NCBI RefSeq assembly: GCF_963921235.1
Contig: NC_086097.1
Coordinates: 248,932,001-248,996,000 of the forward strand
Reading direction: 5' to 3'
From: Mobula hypostoma
Taxonomy: Eukaryota
Length of the DNA: 64,000 nt
Shown here: positions 1-13,085 of the stretch, piece after piece
Layout of the letters: each line of letters opens with the position of its first letter
How positions within the stretch are numbered: the first letter of the stretch is position 1
Position numbers and translations under genes: made by a program
Notes under the pieces: generated by a model
Databases searched by the model: none
Seen by the model: only the letters and a program-made list of their open reading frames with translations
Told to the model about the DNA's origin: nothing

Positions 1-400
1 GTTGAAGGTAATAGCTGTTTCTGAACCTGGTAATGTGAAACCCAAGATTTCAGTACCTCCTCCCCGATGGCAGCAGCGAGAAGAGAACGTGGCCTGGCTG
101 GCGGGGGGGTCCTTGATGATGGATATTGTTCTCTGTTGGACAGAGCTCCTTGTAAATGTGCTCAATGGTGGGGAGGGCTTTGCCTGTTGTGGACTGGGCT
201 ATATCCACTACTTTGTGTAGGCATATCTATTCCAGGGCATTGGCGCTCCCATGCCAGGCCATGATGCAAACAGTCAGGATACTCTCCACGGTGCATCTAC
301 AGGCTTTAGGTGACGTGCTGAACCTATGCAACATCTTTGTGAAGCTTTGTGACCTATGGATGGTCTGTTCCACAGGCTGATACAACACCACATCAGTCTG
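1..400 (-). mobile_element. Decayed Rex/Babar-like non-LTR retrotransposon 3' fragment
   Basis: Minus-strand translation CRCTVESILTVCIMAWHG matches the RT C-terminal motif also seen at 60656-60973. Confidence 0.65.
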
Positions 401-450
401 CAAATCCTCAATGCTCTTTTCCGAGGGAAGAGAGTGGTAGTCTGCAAGCA

Positions 451-3400
451 AAATGACTGTTGAGCTGTTTTTGGATTGGAACAATGGCTGTTGAGGTGTT
501 TTTGGATTGGAACAATGGCTGTTGAGGTGTTTTTGGATTGGAACAATGGCTGTTGAGGTGTTTTTGGATTGGAACAATGGCTGTTGAGGTGTTTTTGGAT
601 TGGAACAATGACTGTTGAGCTGTTTTTGGATTGTAACAATGGCTGTTGAGGTGTTTATGGATTGGAACAATGACTGTTGAGGTGTTTTTGGATTGGAACA
701 ATGGCTGTTGAGGTGTTTATGGATTGGAACAATGACTGTTGAGGTGTTTTTGGATTGGAACAATGACTGTTGAGCTGTTTTTGGATTGGAACAGTGGCTG
801 TTGAGGTGTTTTTGGATTGGAACAATGACTGTTGAGCTGTTTTTGGATTGGAACAGTGGCTGTTGAGCTGTTTTTGGATTGGAACAATGGCTGTTGAGGT
901 GTTTTTGGATTGTAACAATGGCTGTTGAGCTGTTTTTGGATTGGAACAATGGCTGTTGAGGTGTTTTTGGATTGGAACAATGGCTGTTGAGGTGTTTTTG
1001 GATTGGAACAATGGCTGTTGAGGTGTTTTTGGATTGGAACAATGGCTGTTGAGGTGTTTTTGGATTGGAACAATGGCTGTTGAGGTGTTTTTGGATTGTA
1101 ACAATGGCTGTTGAGCTGTTTTTGGATTGGAACAATGGCTGTTGAGGTGTTTTTGGATTGGAACAATGGCTGTTGAGGTGTTTTTGGATTGGAACAATGG
1201 CTGTTGAGGTGTTTTTGGATTGGAACAATGGCTGTTGAGGTGTTTTTGGATTGGAACAATGGCTGTTGAGGTGTTTTTGGATTGGAACAATGACTGTTGA
1301 GCTGTTTTTGGATTGGAACAATGACTGTTGAGGTGTTTTTGGATTGGAACAATGACTGTTGAGCTGTTTTTGGATTGGAACAATGACTGTTGAGGTGTTT
1401 TTGGACTGGAACAATGGCTGTTGAGGTGTTTTTGGATTGGAACAATGGCTGTTGAGGTGTTTTTGGATTGGAACAATGGCTGTTGAGGTGTTTTTGGATT
1501 GGAACAATGACTGTTGAGCTGTTTTTGGATTGGAACAATGGCTGTTGAGGTGTTTTTGGATTGGAACAATGACTGTTGAGCTGTTTTTGGATTGGAACAA
1601 TGACTGTTGAGCTGTTTTTGGATTGGAACAATGGCTGTTGAGGTGTTTTTGGATTGGAACAATGACTGTTGAGCTGTTTTTGGATTGTAACAATGGCTGT
1701 TGAGGTGTTTATGGATTGGAACAATGACTGTTGAGGTGTTTTTGGATTGTAACAATGGCTGTTGAGGTGTTTATGGATTGGAACAATGACTGTTGAGGTG
1801 TTTTTGGATTGGAACAATGGCTGTTGAGGTGTTTTTGGATTGGAACAATGGCTGTTGAGGTGTTTATGGATTGGAACAATGACTGTTGAGGTGTTTTTGG
1901 ATTGTAACAATGGCTGTTGAGGTGTTTATGGATTGGAACAATGACTGTTGAGGTGTTTTTGGATTGTAACAATGGCTGTTGAGGTGTTTATGGATTGGAA
2001 CAATGACTGTTGAGGTGTTTTTGGATTGGAACAATGGCTGTTGAGGTGTTTTTGGATTGGAACAATGGCTGTTGAGGTGTTTTTGGATTGGAACAATGGC
2101 TGTTGAGGTGTTTTTGGATTGGAACAATGGCTGTTGAGGTGTTTTTGGATTGGAACAATGGCTGTTGAGGTGTTTTTGGATTGGAACAATGGCTGTTGAG
2201 CTGTTTTTGGATTGGAACAATGGCTGTTGAGGTGTTTTTGGATTGGAACAATGACTGTTGAGCTGTTTTTGGATTGGAACAATGACTGTTGAGGTGTTTT
2301 TGGATTGGAACAATGACTGTTGAGCTGTTTTTGGATTGGAACAATGACTGTTGAGGTGTTTTTGGATTGGAACAATGGCTGTTGAGGTGTTTTTGGATTG
2401 GAACAATGGCTGTTGAGGTGTTTTTGGATTGGAACAATGGCTGTTGAGGTGTTTTTGGATTGGAACAATGACTGTTGAGCTGTTTTTGGATTGGAACAAT
2501 GGCTGTTGAGGTGTTTTTGGATTGGAACAATGACTGTTGAGCTGTTTTTGGATTGGAACAATGACTGTTGAGCTGTTTTTGGATTGGAACAATGGCTGTT
2601 GAGGTGTTTTTGGATTGGAACAATGACTGTTGAGCTGTTTTTGGATTGTAACAATGGCTGTTGAGGTGTTTATGGATTGGAACAATGACTGTTGAGGTGT
2701 TTTTGGATTGTAACAATGGCTGTTGAGGTGTTTATGGATTGGAACAATGACTGTTGAGGTGTTTTTGGATTGGAACAATGACTGTTGAGCTGTTTTTGGA
2801 TTGGAACAGTGGCTGTTGAGGTGTTTTTGGATTGGAACAATGACTGTTGAGCTGTTTTTGGATTGGAACAGTGGCTGTTGAGGTGTTTTTGGATTGGAAC
2901 AATGGCTGTTGAGGTGTTTTTGGATTGGAACAATGGCTGTTGAGGTGTTTTTGGATTGGAACAATGGCTGTTGAGGTGTTTTTGGATTGGAACAATGGCT
3001 GTTGAGGTGTTTTTGGATTGGAACAATGGCTGTTGAGCTGTTTTTGGATTGGAACAATGGCTGTTGAGGTGTTTTTGGATTGGAACAATGACTGTTGAGG
3101 TGTTTTTGGATTGGAACAATGGCTGTTGAGGTGTTTTTGGATTGGAACAATGGCTGTTGAGGTGTTTTTGGATTGGAACAATGGCTGTTGAGGTGTTTTT
3201 GGATTGGAACAATGGCTGTTGAGGTGTTTTTGGATTGGAACAATGGCTGTTGAGGTGTTTTTGGATCGGAACAATGGCTGTTGAGGTGTTTTTGGATTGG
3301 AACAATGGCTGTTGAGGTGTTTTTGGATTGGAACAATGGCTGTTGAGGTGTTTTTGGATTGGAACAATGGCTGTTGAGGTGTTTTCGGATTGGAACAATG
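451..3400. repeat. 31-bp tandem minisatellite, about 95 copies
   Basis: Unit ggattggaacaatggctgttgaggtgttttt with a few recurring substitutions. Confidence 0.99.
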
Positions 3401-3438
3401 CAACATTTTTGATGCTGATTTGAAAAATTGTTTTTCAG

Positions 3439-3513
3439 GGGTCAATCCAAGAGCTGACAATTAAATCGGACCCTCAAGCTAGTGAGGAGCAATGTTATGA
3501 AGCTGATCCAGAT
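3439..3513 (+). CDS. COL15A1: Multiplexin collagen (COL15A1-like) exon A, end of TSPN/laminin-G-like domain
   Basis: Acceptor tttttcag, donor gtaagt; 75 nt, phase 0-0. Reads GSIQELTIKSDPQASEEQCYEADPD, resembling the collagen XV GS(L/I)QQL..DPR..EE.C motif. XV rather than XVIII is assigned from recalled sequence, not a search. Confidence 0.85.
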
Positions 3514-3604
3514 GTAAGTAATGATTCTATCTCAAGCGCTGAACCAACGGGCTTTTTCCTCACCGTGGGCTGTTCCTTTGTTGATGCTGATTATTTTGCT
3601 CTAG

Positions 3605-3715
3605 GGACCTTCAGGAGATGCCAGCGGCGACGGCAGTGGAGATGCCAGTGGAAGGTATATTCATCAGGAACAAGGAGGAGTTAAACTCCAATATGAATAC
3701 ATGTCTCCTCAGCCT
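3605..3715 (+). CDS. COL15A1: COL15A1-like exon B, Ser-Gly/acidic glycosaminoglycan-attachment region
   Basis: Acceptor ttttgctctag after a 91-nt intron, donor gtgagt at 3716; 111 nt, phase 0-0. Reads GPSGDASGDGSGDASGRYIHQEQGGVKLQYEYMSPQP. Confidence 0.8.
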
Positions 3716-4074
3716 GTGAGTAACACTGTAAAGGTTATCTGAAATCTCTTTGCCTTTCCCCTTGATGCCTTTGACTGCTGTGGCCTGAGATTTTGTCGTA
3801 GTTAAGCCCCGGCTTGCTTCCATGGGTAGGTAATTAAGGCATGGCATTGTGGTTGGAACACAAAGGCCAATTCATCAAATAGACTAAGAATGCAGAGAAT
3901 GTGAACTCAAATCCCACCATGGCAGTTACAAAGCTGAGAAAACTGATTCCAGTAAACGTGGCCACAAAGCTTTCACAGTTAGTGTAAGATATGCTTCATT
4001 CCAGCACTTAGAAATGTAAAGTGAAGGAGCAGCAGCGGTGACCTTTAGCATTTAATAAAGTCAAAGTAAATTTA

Positions 4075-6812
4075 ACCATATAACCATATAACAATTAGAG
4101 CATGGAAACAAGCCATCTCAGCCCTTCTAGTCCATGCCAAACGCTTACTCTCACCTAGTCCCACCGACCTGCACTCAGCCCATAACCCTCCATTCCTTTC
4201 CTGTCCATATAGCTGTCCAATTTTACTTTAAATGACAATATCGAACCAACCTTTACCACTTCTGCTGGAAGCTCGTTCCACACAGCTACCAATCTCTGAG
4301 TAAAGAAGTTCCCCCTCATGTTACCCCTAAACTTTTGCCCCCCAACTCTCAACTCATGTCCTCTTGTTTGAATCTCCCCTACTCTCAATGGAAAAAGCCT
4401 ATACATGTCAACTCTATCTATCCCCCCCATAATTTTAAATACCTCTGTCAAGTCCCCCCTCAACCTTCTATGCTCCAAAGAATAAAGACCCAACTTGTTC
4501 AACCTTTCTCTGTAATTTAGGTGCTGAAATCCAGATAACATACTAGTAAATCTTTTCTGTACTCTCTCTATTTTGTTGACATCTTTCCTATAATTCGGTG
4601 ACCAAAACTGTACACAATACTCCAAATTTGGCCTTACCAATGCCTTGTACAATTTTAACATTACATCCCAACTCCTATACTCAATGCTCTCAAGGCCAGC
4701 ATACCAAAGGCTATTTTCACCACCCTATCCACATGAGATTCCACCTTCAGTGAACTATGCACCGTTATTCCTAGATCCCTCTGTTCTACTGCATTCTTCA
4801 ATGCCCTACCATTTACCACGTATGTCCTATTTTGATTAGTCCTACCAAAATTACATCCTTCCCGTAAAACAATTTGTCCCAATCCACTCCCTCTAAATCC
4901 TTTCGCATCTCCTCAAAGTTAGCCTTTCTCCAATCAAAAATCTCAACCCTGGGTCCAGTCCTATCCTTCTCCATAATTATATTGAAACTAATGGCATTGT
5001 GATCACTGGACCCGAAGTGCTCCCAAAACATACCTCTGTCACCTGACCTATCTCATTCCCTAACAGGAGATCCAACACTGTCCCTTCTCTAGTTGGTACC
5101 TCTATGTATTGCTGCAAAAAACTATCCTGCACACATTTTACAAACTCCAAACCATCCAACCCTTTTACAGTATGGGCTTCCCAGTCAATGTGTGGAAAAT
5201 TAAAATCTCCCACAATCACAACTTTGTGCTTACTACAAATATCTGCTATCTCCTTACTAATTTGCTCCTCCACTTCTCGCTCACCATTAGGTGGTCTATA
5301 ATACACCCCTATAAGTGTTACGACACCTTTCCCATTCCTCAATTCCACCCAAATAGCCTCCCTAGACGGGCCCTCTAATCTATCCTGCCAGAGTACCGCT
5401 GTAATATTTTCTCTGACAATCAATGCAACACCTCCCCCTCTTGTCCCTCCGAATCTACCACACCTGAAGCAACAAAATCCAGGAATATTTAGTTGCCAAT
5501 CACAACCTTCCTGCAACCATGTTTCACTAATAGCTGCAACATCATACTTCCAGGTATCAATCCATGCTCTAAGATCATCCACCTTTCTTATAATGCTCCT
5601 TGCATTAAAATAAATGCACTTAAGAAATTTTCCACCTCTTACTCTCTGTTTATCATTAACGGTGCAAACAACTTTACTATTTTCTTTTTCTTCCTTCTCC
5701 TCTACATTTGTTCCTACACTCTGGTTCCCCTCCCCCCTTGTATCTAGTTTAAATCCACTGGAGCCTCTCTAACAAACGTACCTGCAAGAATATTTGTCTC
5801 CCTCCAGTTCAGATGTAGACCGTTCCACCGGAACAGGTCCCACCTTCCCTGGAAAAATGTCCAATTATCTATAAATCTGAAGCTCTCCCTCCTGCACCAT
5901 GTCTTCAGCCATGTGTTGATCTGTGCTATCTTACTATTTCTAAACCCGCCTGCACATGGCACTGGTAGCAATCCTAAGATTGCTATCCTGGAGGGACCTG
6001 TCCTTTAACTTGCCGCCTAACTCCCTAAACTCACCTTTCAGGACCTTCTCACTCTTCCTACCCACGGCATCTGGCTGCTCACCCTCCCTCTTGAGAATAG
6101 TGAGAACTCGATCCAAGATATCGCGGACCTTGGCACCAGGGAGGCAACAGACCATCCGGGATTCTCGATCTCTTCCACAGAACCTCTTATCTGTCCCCCT
6201 AACTATCGAATCCCCTATCACTACTGCTCTCCTCTTTTCCCTCCTTCCCTTCTGAGCTGAGGGTCCAGTCTCGGGGCCAGAGATGCAACCACTGCAACTT
6301 GTCCCTGGTAGGTCGTCCCCATCAACAGTATCCAAAATGATGTACTTATTATTGGTGGGAACGGCCACAGGGGTGCTCTGCCCATTCTGTCTATTCCCCT
6401 TCCCTCTCCTGACAGTCACCCAGCTACCTGTCTCCTGACTCTTAGGGGTGACTATCTCCCTGTAACTCCTCTCTATTTCTGCCTCTGCCTCCCGAATGAT
6501 CCGAAGTTCATCCAGCTCCAGCTCCAGCTCCAGTTCCCTAACTCGGTTTGTCAGGAGCTGCAGCTGGATGCACCTTTTACAGGTGTAGTCATCAGGGACA
6601 ATTGTGCTCACCCTGACCTCCCACATACTGCAAACGAGCACTCGACTGCCCTAACTGCTGCCTCCATTACCTACTCTTAAGGTAATTAGATTTATTAAAG
6701 GAACTTACCCAGCCTTACCTCACTGGGAGTGAAGCTCTTCCTCAGTCTCTGCTCGCCAAAGCCTCTGGAGCCTAAGCCTTCCTACTCTGTCTCCCACTAC
6801 TCTGTCGCCCGC
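4075..6812 (-). mobile_element. CR1 LINE with 5'UTR, ORF1 (Cys motif, coiled coil, SGNH esterase), APE endonuclease, large internal ORF2 deletion and 3' end
   Basis: ORF 5940-6641 has C..C and AVVIGDSIVRG; ORF 4977-5582 has ISETWL, GVYYRPP, VGDFN; ORF 4155-4661 has LYKALVRPNLEYCVQFWSP; ccatataa tail repeats near 4075-4093. Confidence 0.93.
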
Positions 6813-7009
6813 TGCAACATCACTTGTATAATAAATTTATTATACAAGTATGTATATGTCACCACATACAACCCTGAGATTCATTTTCTTTGTGGCATAC
6901 TCAATAAATCTAGAAACACTGTCATTTACCCCATGGAATCATAGAGCCCATGATGCAGAAGGGGACTACATAACCCATTGTTTCGATGTTAATCAAAAAA
7001 CCAATATTG

Positions 7010-7345
7010 ATAGGGAGCATCAGTTTCCCAGGGTAGAAATGTCTAATGCCAGAGGACGTGCATTGAAGGTGAGAGAGGGTAGGTTCAAAGGGGGGTGTGA
7101 AGGGTAAGATCAGAGTGGTGGATGCCTGGAATGCATTGCCTGCTATGGTGGGAGAGGCAAATACATTAGGGCTTTTAGGAGATGTTTGGATAGGCACAAG
7201 GATGTAAGGAACATGGAGGGATATGGACATGGTGTAGGTAGGAGGGATTAGCGTTTGGGTGTTCTTGGTTTGCTTTTTAGTTGGCTTGTCTCAACGTTGT
7301 GGGCCGAATGGCCTGTTCCTGTGTTATACTCTTCTATCTCCTATG
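7010..7345 (+). mobile_element. CR1 LINE 3' fragment
   Basis: FPRVEMSNARG.LKV motif and CR1 3'UTR (gggccgaatggcctgttcctgtg). Confidence 0.75.
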
Positions 7346-7639
7346 ATTCCCCTTTGCTTCAACCACTCTTTGAAGCAGAGAATCAAAGTTCAAAGTACGC
7401 ATATATCACCGTATACCACCCTAAGGTCCATTTTCTTGCAGGCATTCACAGTAGAACAAAGAAATGTAATAGACTCAATGGGAAACTACACAAAAAAAAG
7501 ACTGGTAAAAAAGCTAATGTGGAAAAAAGACAAACTGTTCAAATACATACAAAAAATATAATAATAATAATTAAATAAATAATGCTGACAGCCTGATTTG
7601 TGGAATCATTGAAAGTGATTCCATGGGTTGTGCACCAAC

Positions 7640-7765
7640 CACAAACAAGAGAAAATCTGCAGATGCTGGAAATTCAAGCAACACACAAGGTGAACGCAGC
7701 AGGCCAGGCAGCATCTCTAGGAAGAGGTACAGTCGACGTTTCGGGCCGAGGCCCTTTGTCAGTCC
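7640..7765 (-). mobile_element. Penelope-like terminal fragment with mutated hammerhead core
   Basis: Same sequence as the 36921-37060 terminus; core reads CTGACAA instead of CTGACGA. Confidence 0.7.
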
Positions 7766-9796
7766 TGCACCTCGTGAATCTCCTCTGAAACCTCTCCAGT
7801 TTCAGCACATCCTTTCTAAGATAAGGGGCCCAAAACTGTTCACAATACTCCAAGTGAGGCCTCACCAGTACTTTATAAAGTCTCAACATTACGCGCTTAC
7901 TTTTGTATTCTAGTCCTCTTGAAATGAATGTTAACATCACATTTGCCTTTCCCACCACAGACTCAAGCTGCAAGTTAACCTTTAGGGAATCCTGCACATG
8001 GTCTCAGCAGTCAATTTGCACCTCAAGTTTTTCTGCTTTCTTTCCATTTATAAAATACTCAACCCTTTCATTTCTTCTACCAAAGTGCATGACCATACAC
8101 TTCCCAGCACTGTATTCCATCTGCTATTTCTTTGCCCATTCTCCTAATCTGTCTACATCCTTCTGTAGCCTCTCTACTTCCTCAAAACCACCTGGCCGTC
8201 CACCTATCTTCATATCGTCTGCAAACTTTGTAATAAAGCTATCAATTCTGTCATCCAAATCATTGATATATACAACATGAGAAGAATTGGTCCCAACACA
8301 GACCCCTGTGGAACACCACTAGTCACCGGCAGCCAGTCAGAAAGGCTCCCTTTATTCCCACTCTGCCTCCTGCCAATCAGCCACTCATTGAATCTATCCA
8401 TGCTAGAATCTTTCCCGTAATACCATGGGTTCATAGTTTGTTAAGCAGATCGTGTGTGGTGCTTTGTCAAAGGCCTTCTGAAGTACACAACATCAACTGA
8501 TTCTCCTTTGTCTATACTGCTTGTTGTTTCTGCAAAGAATTCCAACAGATTTATCAAGCAAGACTTTCCCTTGAGGAAACCATGCTGTCTATGACCTATT
8601 TTAACTTGTGCCTCCAAGTACCCTTCCTTATTCTTAGTAATTGACTCCAACATGTTTCCAACCATTGAGGTCAGACCAACTGGCCTATAGTTTCCTTTCT
8701 TCTGCCTCTCTCCTTTCTTGAATAGTGGAGTGACATTTGGAAGTTTCCAGTCTTCCAGAACCATTCGAGAATCTAGGGATTCTTGAAAGCTCATTACTAA
8801 TGCCTCCATGATCTCTTCAGCCACCTCTTTCAGAACCCTGAGGTGTACACCATCTGGTCCAGGTGACTTATCTACCTTCAGACCTTTCAGTTTCCTAAGA
8901 ATGTTCTCTCTAGTAATGGTAACTTCACACACTTCATGACCCCTGACACCTGGAACTTTCACCATACTGCTAGTGTTTTCCACAGTGAAGACTGATGAAA
9001 AATACTTATTCAGTTCATCCGCTATTTCATTGTCCCCCATTACTACCTCTCCAACATTGTTTTTCAGTGGTCTGATATCCACTCTCGCCTCTTTTTTACA
9101 GTTTATGTGTTTGAAGAAACTTTTGGTATCTTCTTTAATATTATTGGTTAGCTTATTTTTGTATTCCATCTTTACCTTCTTAATGATTTTTTAGTTGCCT
9201 CTTCATTTTTAAAAGCTTCCCAATCCTCTAACTCTCCACTAATCTTTGCTTTATTATGTCTGCCATCTCTTTGGCTTTGACTTCTCCTGTTAGCCATAGT
9301 TGTGTCACCTTTCCTTTAGAATACTGCTTCGTCTTTCTGAATTGCTTCCAGAAATACCTGCCATTCTGCTCTGCTGTCATCCCTGACAGTGTTCTTTTCC
9401 ACTTAATTCTAGCCAATTCCCCTGTTATACCTCTGTAACTCCCTTTACTCCATTGTAATACTGATACATCAGACTTTAGCTTCTCCTTCTCAAATTTCAG
9501 GGTGAATTTGATCACATCCCCTAAGGGTTCCTTTACCTTAAGCTCTGGTTCATGGCACAACACCCAGTCCAGAATAGCTGATCCTCTAGTGAGCTCAGCC
9601 ACGATCTGCTCTAAAAAGCCATCTCGTAGGCACTCTAGAAATTCCCTCTCCTGTAATTCCGCACCAGCCCGATTCTCCCAATCTACCTGCATATTGAAAT
9701 CCCCCATGACTACTGTAGCATTGCCCTTTTGGCATACATTTTCTATCTCCTGCTGTAATTTGCAGGCCTCATCCTTGCTTCTGTTTAGGGGTCTGT

Positions 9797-10366
9797 GGTA
9801 GTAGACAGCCATTGATCCCAGGGGATTGTGGGTTTGTGCCTCTGGTGGACTGTGTCCTCTCCAGGGTGCAACCCTGGGCGGGAAGATTTGAAGAACCAGC
9901 TGTTGCCCATGCAGTGGGTTCCCCCTCTCCACGTCACTGATGTAGTCCAAACGCCGATACAGCTTGGCACCAGTGTCCTCACAGAGGTTGCCAGAGTGAA
10001 GTTGTCAACCCTGGCTCCGGATTTCTTCCTCGGGGTTTACTCCCGAAGCCTTTCCTATGGGTGGGAATGGCCGCAAGGCAGTAGAAGTTTAAAATCAGAG
10101 TTTTCCTTCTCCTAGGTGAGCTGCCGTCCGAGGCTGACGAGCCCCACCTGCCCAAAGCAACTGGTTTTGAGGCGCCAGTGGTCCGCCTTTGCCCCTTCTC
10201 TTGTCAGTAGAAACAGTTCCACCAGGCCGAGTAGCTAAGCCACACGGGAAGGCCGAGAGTTGGACTTGATTGTCAGAAGCTGTTAGTCGCACACCATTTG
10301 GAGCACTTTACAGGTAGTGGGAGCATATCCCCACCACCAGCCCCGGCTATGACAAACTTAGGAACC
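9797..10366 (-). mobile_element. Unclassified SINE-like/non-autonomous retroelement with 10-bp TSD
   Basis: TSD aggggtctgt at 9787-9796 and 10367-10376 splits the CR1 YRPL codons; related copies near 39005-39540 and 56300-56630. Confidence 0.75.
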
Positions 10367-10565
10367 AGGGGTCTGTATACAACTCCTGTTGGGATATTTT
10401 TACCCTTGCAGTTCCTTACCTCCATCCACAATGATTCAGCACCTTCTAGTCCTATGTCACCTCTTTCTAATGACTTGATTTCATTTCTTACCAACAGAGC
10501 AACACCGCCCCCTCTGCTTTCCTGCCTGTCCTTTTGATACAATGTGTATCCTTGGATATTGAGCC

Positions 10566-11177
10566 CCCAGGAGCAGGGAGGTTCTACTGCAGTTGTACAA
10601 GGCCTTGGTGAGACCACACCTGGAGTATTGTGTGCAGTTTTGGTCCCCTAATCTGAGGAAGGACATTTTCGCCATAGAGGGAGTACAAAGAAGGTTTACC
10701 AGATTGATTCCTGGGATGGCAGGACTTTCATATGATGAAAGACTGGATCAACTAGGCTTATACTCGTTGGAATTTAGAAGATTGAGGGGGGATTTTATTG
10801 AAACATATAAAATCCTAAAGGGATTGGACAGGCTAGATGCAGGAAGATTGTTCCCGATGTTGGGGAAGTCCAGAACGAGGGGCCACAGTTTGAGGATAGA
10901 GGGGAAGCCTTTTAGGACCGAGATTAGGAAAAACTTCTTCACACAGAGAGTGGTGAATCGGTGGAATTCTCTGCCACAGGAAACAGTTGAGGCCAGTTCA
11001 TTGGCTATATTTAAGAGGGAGTTAGATATGGCCCTTGTGGCTAAAGGGATCAGGGGGTATGGAGGGAAGGCTGGGGCGGGGTTCTGAGTTGGATGATCAG
11101 CCATGATCATAATAAATGGCGGTACAGGCTCGAAGGGCCGAATGGCCTACTCCTGCACCTATTTTCTATGTTTCTAT
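10566..11177 (+). mobile_element. 5'-truncated CR1 LINE 3' end
   Basis: Intact ORF 10593-11087 (YKALVRPHLEYCVQFWSP...FFTQRVVN.WN) and ttctatgtttcta tail. Confidence 0.92.
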
Positions 11178-12128
11178 AATGTTTCAGCCATGACTCAATG
11201 ATACCTACATCATACCTGCCAATCTGCACCTGTGCTGCAAGTTCACCTACCCCTTATTCCATATACTGTGCACATTCATATACAACACTTTCAGTCCTGT
11301 ATGCACCCTTTTTGATTTTGTCCACCTTTTACGTTGCATCTCATCCTGTTGACTGCATTTTTGCCGTATCAGCAGCCTCTCCTTACAACACATTGCCTCT
11401 GTTTGTAAACCAGATACCTCATCTTCAGCACTATAATCTGCCTTTCCTACGATACTTCCTGCATTGAAATATACGCAGCTCAGGACACTAGTCACACCAT
11501 GCTCAACCTTTTGATTCCTGACTTTGTCTGAGGTCTTACCAACATCTGCCTCCACAACCTCTCCGCTAACTGTTCTGGCCCTCTGGTTCCCATCCCCCTG
11601 CAACTCTTGTTCAAACCCCATCATGCAGCATTAACAAACCTTCCCGCTAGGATGTTAGTCCCCCTTCAGTTCAGAAACAATCCATCCTGTCTGTACAGGT
11701 CCCACCTTCCCTGGAAGAGAGCCCAGTGATCCAAAATTTTTGTGTCCTTCTCCTCACACCAACTCCTTAGCCACGTATCAAACTGTATAATCTTCCTAGT
11801 TCTAGCCTCACCAGCACGTGGCACAGGTAGCAATCCTGAGATCATAATGCTGGAGGTCCTGCCCTTTAACTTAGCACCTAAATCCCTGAACTCCCTATGC
11901 AGGACCTTGTCACTCGTCCTGCCCATGTCATTGGACCACGACCTCTGGCTGTTCACCCTCCCACTAAAGAATGTTGAGGACTTGATCCGAGATATCCCAT
12001 ACCCTGGCACCCACCATCTGGGAATCTCATTCTTCACCACGGGAACATCCTGTCCATTCTCCTAACTAACAAATCCCTTATCACCACAATCTGCCTCTTC
12101 TCCCACCTTTCCCCTTCCCTTCTGAGTA

Positions 12129-12592
12129 TTAGAAACATAGAAAACCTACAGCACAATACAGGCCCTTCGGCCCACAAAGCTGTGCCGAACATGTCCTTAC
12201 CTTAGAAATTACCTAGTGTTACCCATAGCCCTCTACTTTTCTAAGCTCCATGTACCCATCCAGGAGTCTCTTTAAAGACCCTATCATTTTCGTCTCCACC
12301 ATTGCCACCGGCAGCCCAATCCACGCACTCACCACTCTCTGCTTAAGAAAAACTTACCCCTGACATCTCCTCTGTACCTACTCCCCAGCACCTTAAACCT
12401 GTGCCCTCTCGTGATAGCTGTTTTAGCCCCGGGAAAAAGCCTCTGACTATCCACATGATCAATGCCTCTCATCATCTTATACACCTCTATCAGGTCACCT
12501 CTCATCCTCCATCACTCCAAGGAGAAAAGGCCGAGTTCACTCAACCTATTCTCATAAGGCATGCTCCCCAATCCAGGCAACATCCTTGTAAA
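12129..12592 (-). mobile_element. CR1 LINE 3' end
   Basis: tagaaacatagaaa tail; reverse complement of the subfamily at 41687-42585. Confidence 0.85.
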
Positions 12593-12614
12593 TAGTATAG
12601 GAGCAGGGATGTGA

Positions 12615-13085
12615 GAGGGTTATGAGAGGGTTAACATATGAGGAACATTTGTCCGCTCTTGGACTGTACTCCTTGGAGTTTAGAAGAATGAGGGGGGATC
12701 TCATAGAAACATTTCCAATGTTGAAAGGCATGGACAGAGTAGATGTGGCAAAGTTGTTTCCCATGGCGGGGGAGTATAGTACAAGAGGGCATGACTTAAG
12801 GATTGAAGGGCGCCCATTCAGAACAGAGATGCGAAGAAATTTTTTGAGCCAGAGGGTGGTGAATCTGTGGAATTTGTTGCCACGGGTGGCAGTGGAGACC
12901 AAGTCATTGGGAGTATTTAAGGCAGAGATTGCTAGGTATCTGAGTAGCCAGGGCATCAAAGGTTATGGTGAGAAGGCGGGGGAGTGGGACTAAATGGGAG
13001 AATGGATCAGCTCATGATAAAATGGCAGAGCAGACTCGATGGGCTGAATGGCCGACTTCTGCTCCTTCGTCTTATGGTCTTCTGG
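12615..13085 (+). mobile_element. CR1 LINE 3' end
   Basis: ORF 12622-12993 (GLYSLEFRRMRGDLIE...QRVVNLWN). Confidence 0.9.

Noticed and set aside
451..3400. CRISPR-like array (31-bp repeats)
   Set aside because: Units are head-to-tail with no unique spacers, there are no cas genes, and the context is vertebrate.
227..3460. Long minus-strand ORFs (up to 490 aa, QSKNTSTAIVPIQKHLNSHCSNPK repeats)
   Set aside because: Artefact of a 31-bp unit lacking stop codons; all three frames give the same cycling peptide.
3653..3660. Alternative donor AAG|gtatat in exon B
   Set aside because: It would end the exon in phase 2, incompatible with exon C; the consensus gtgagt at 3716 keeps phase 0.
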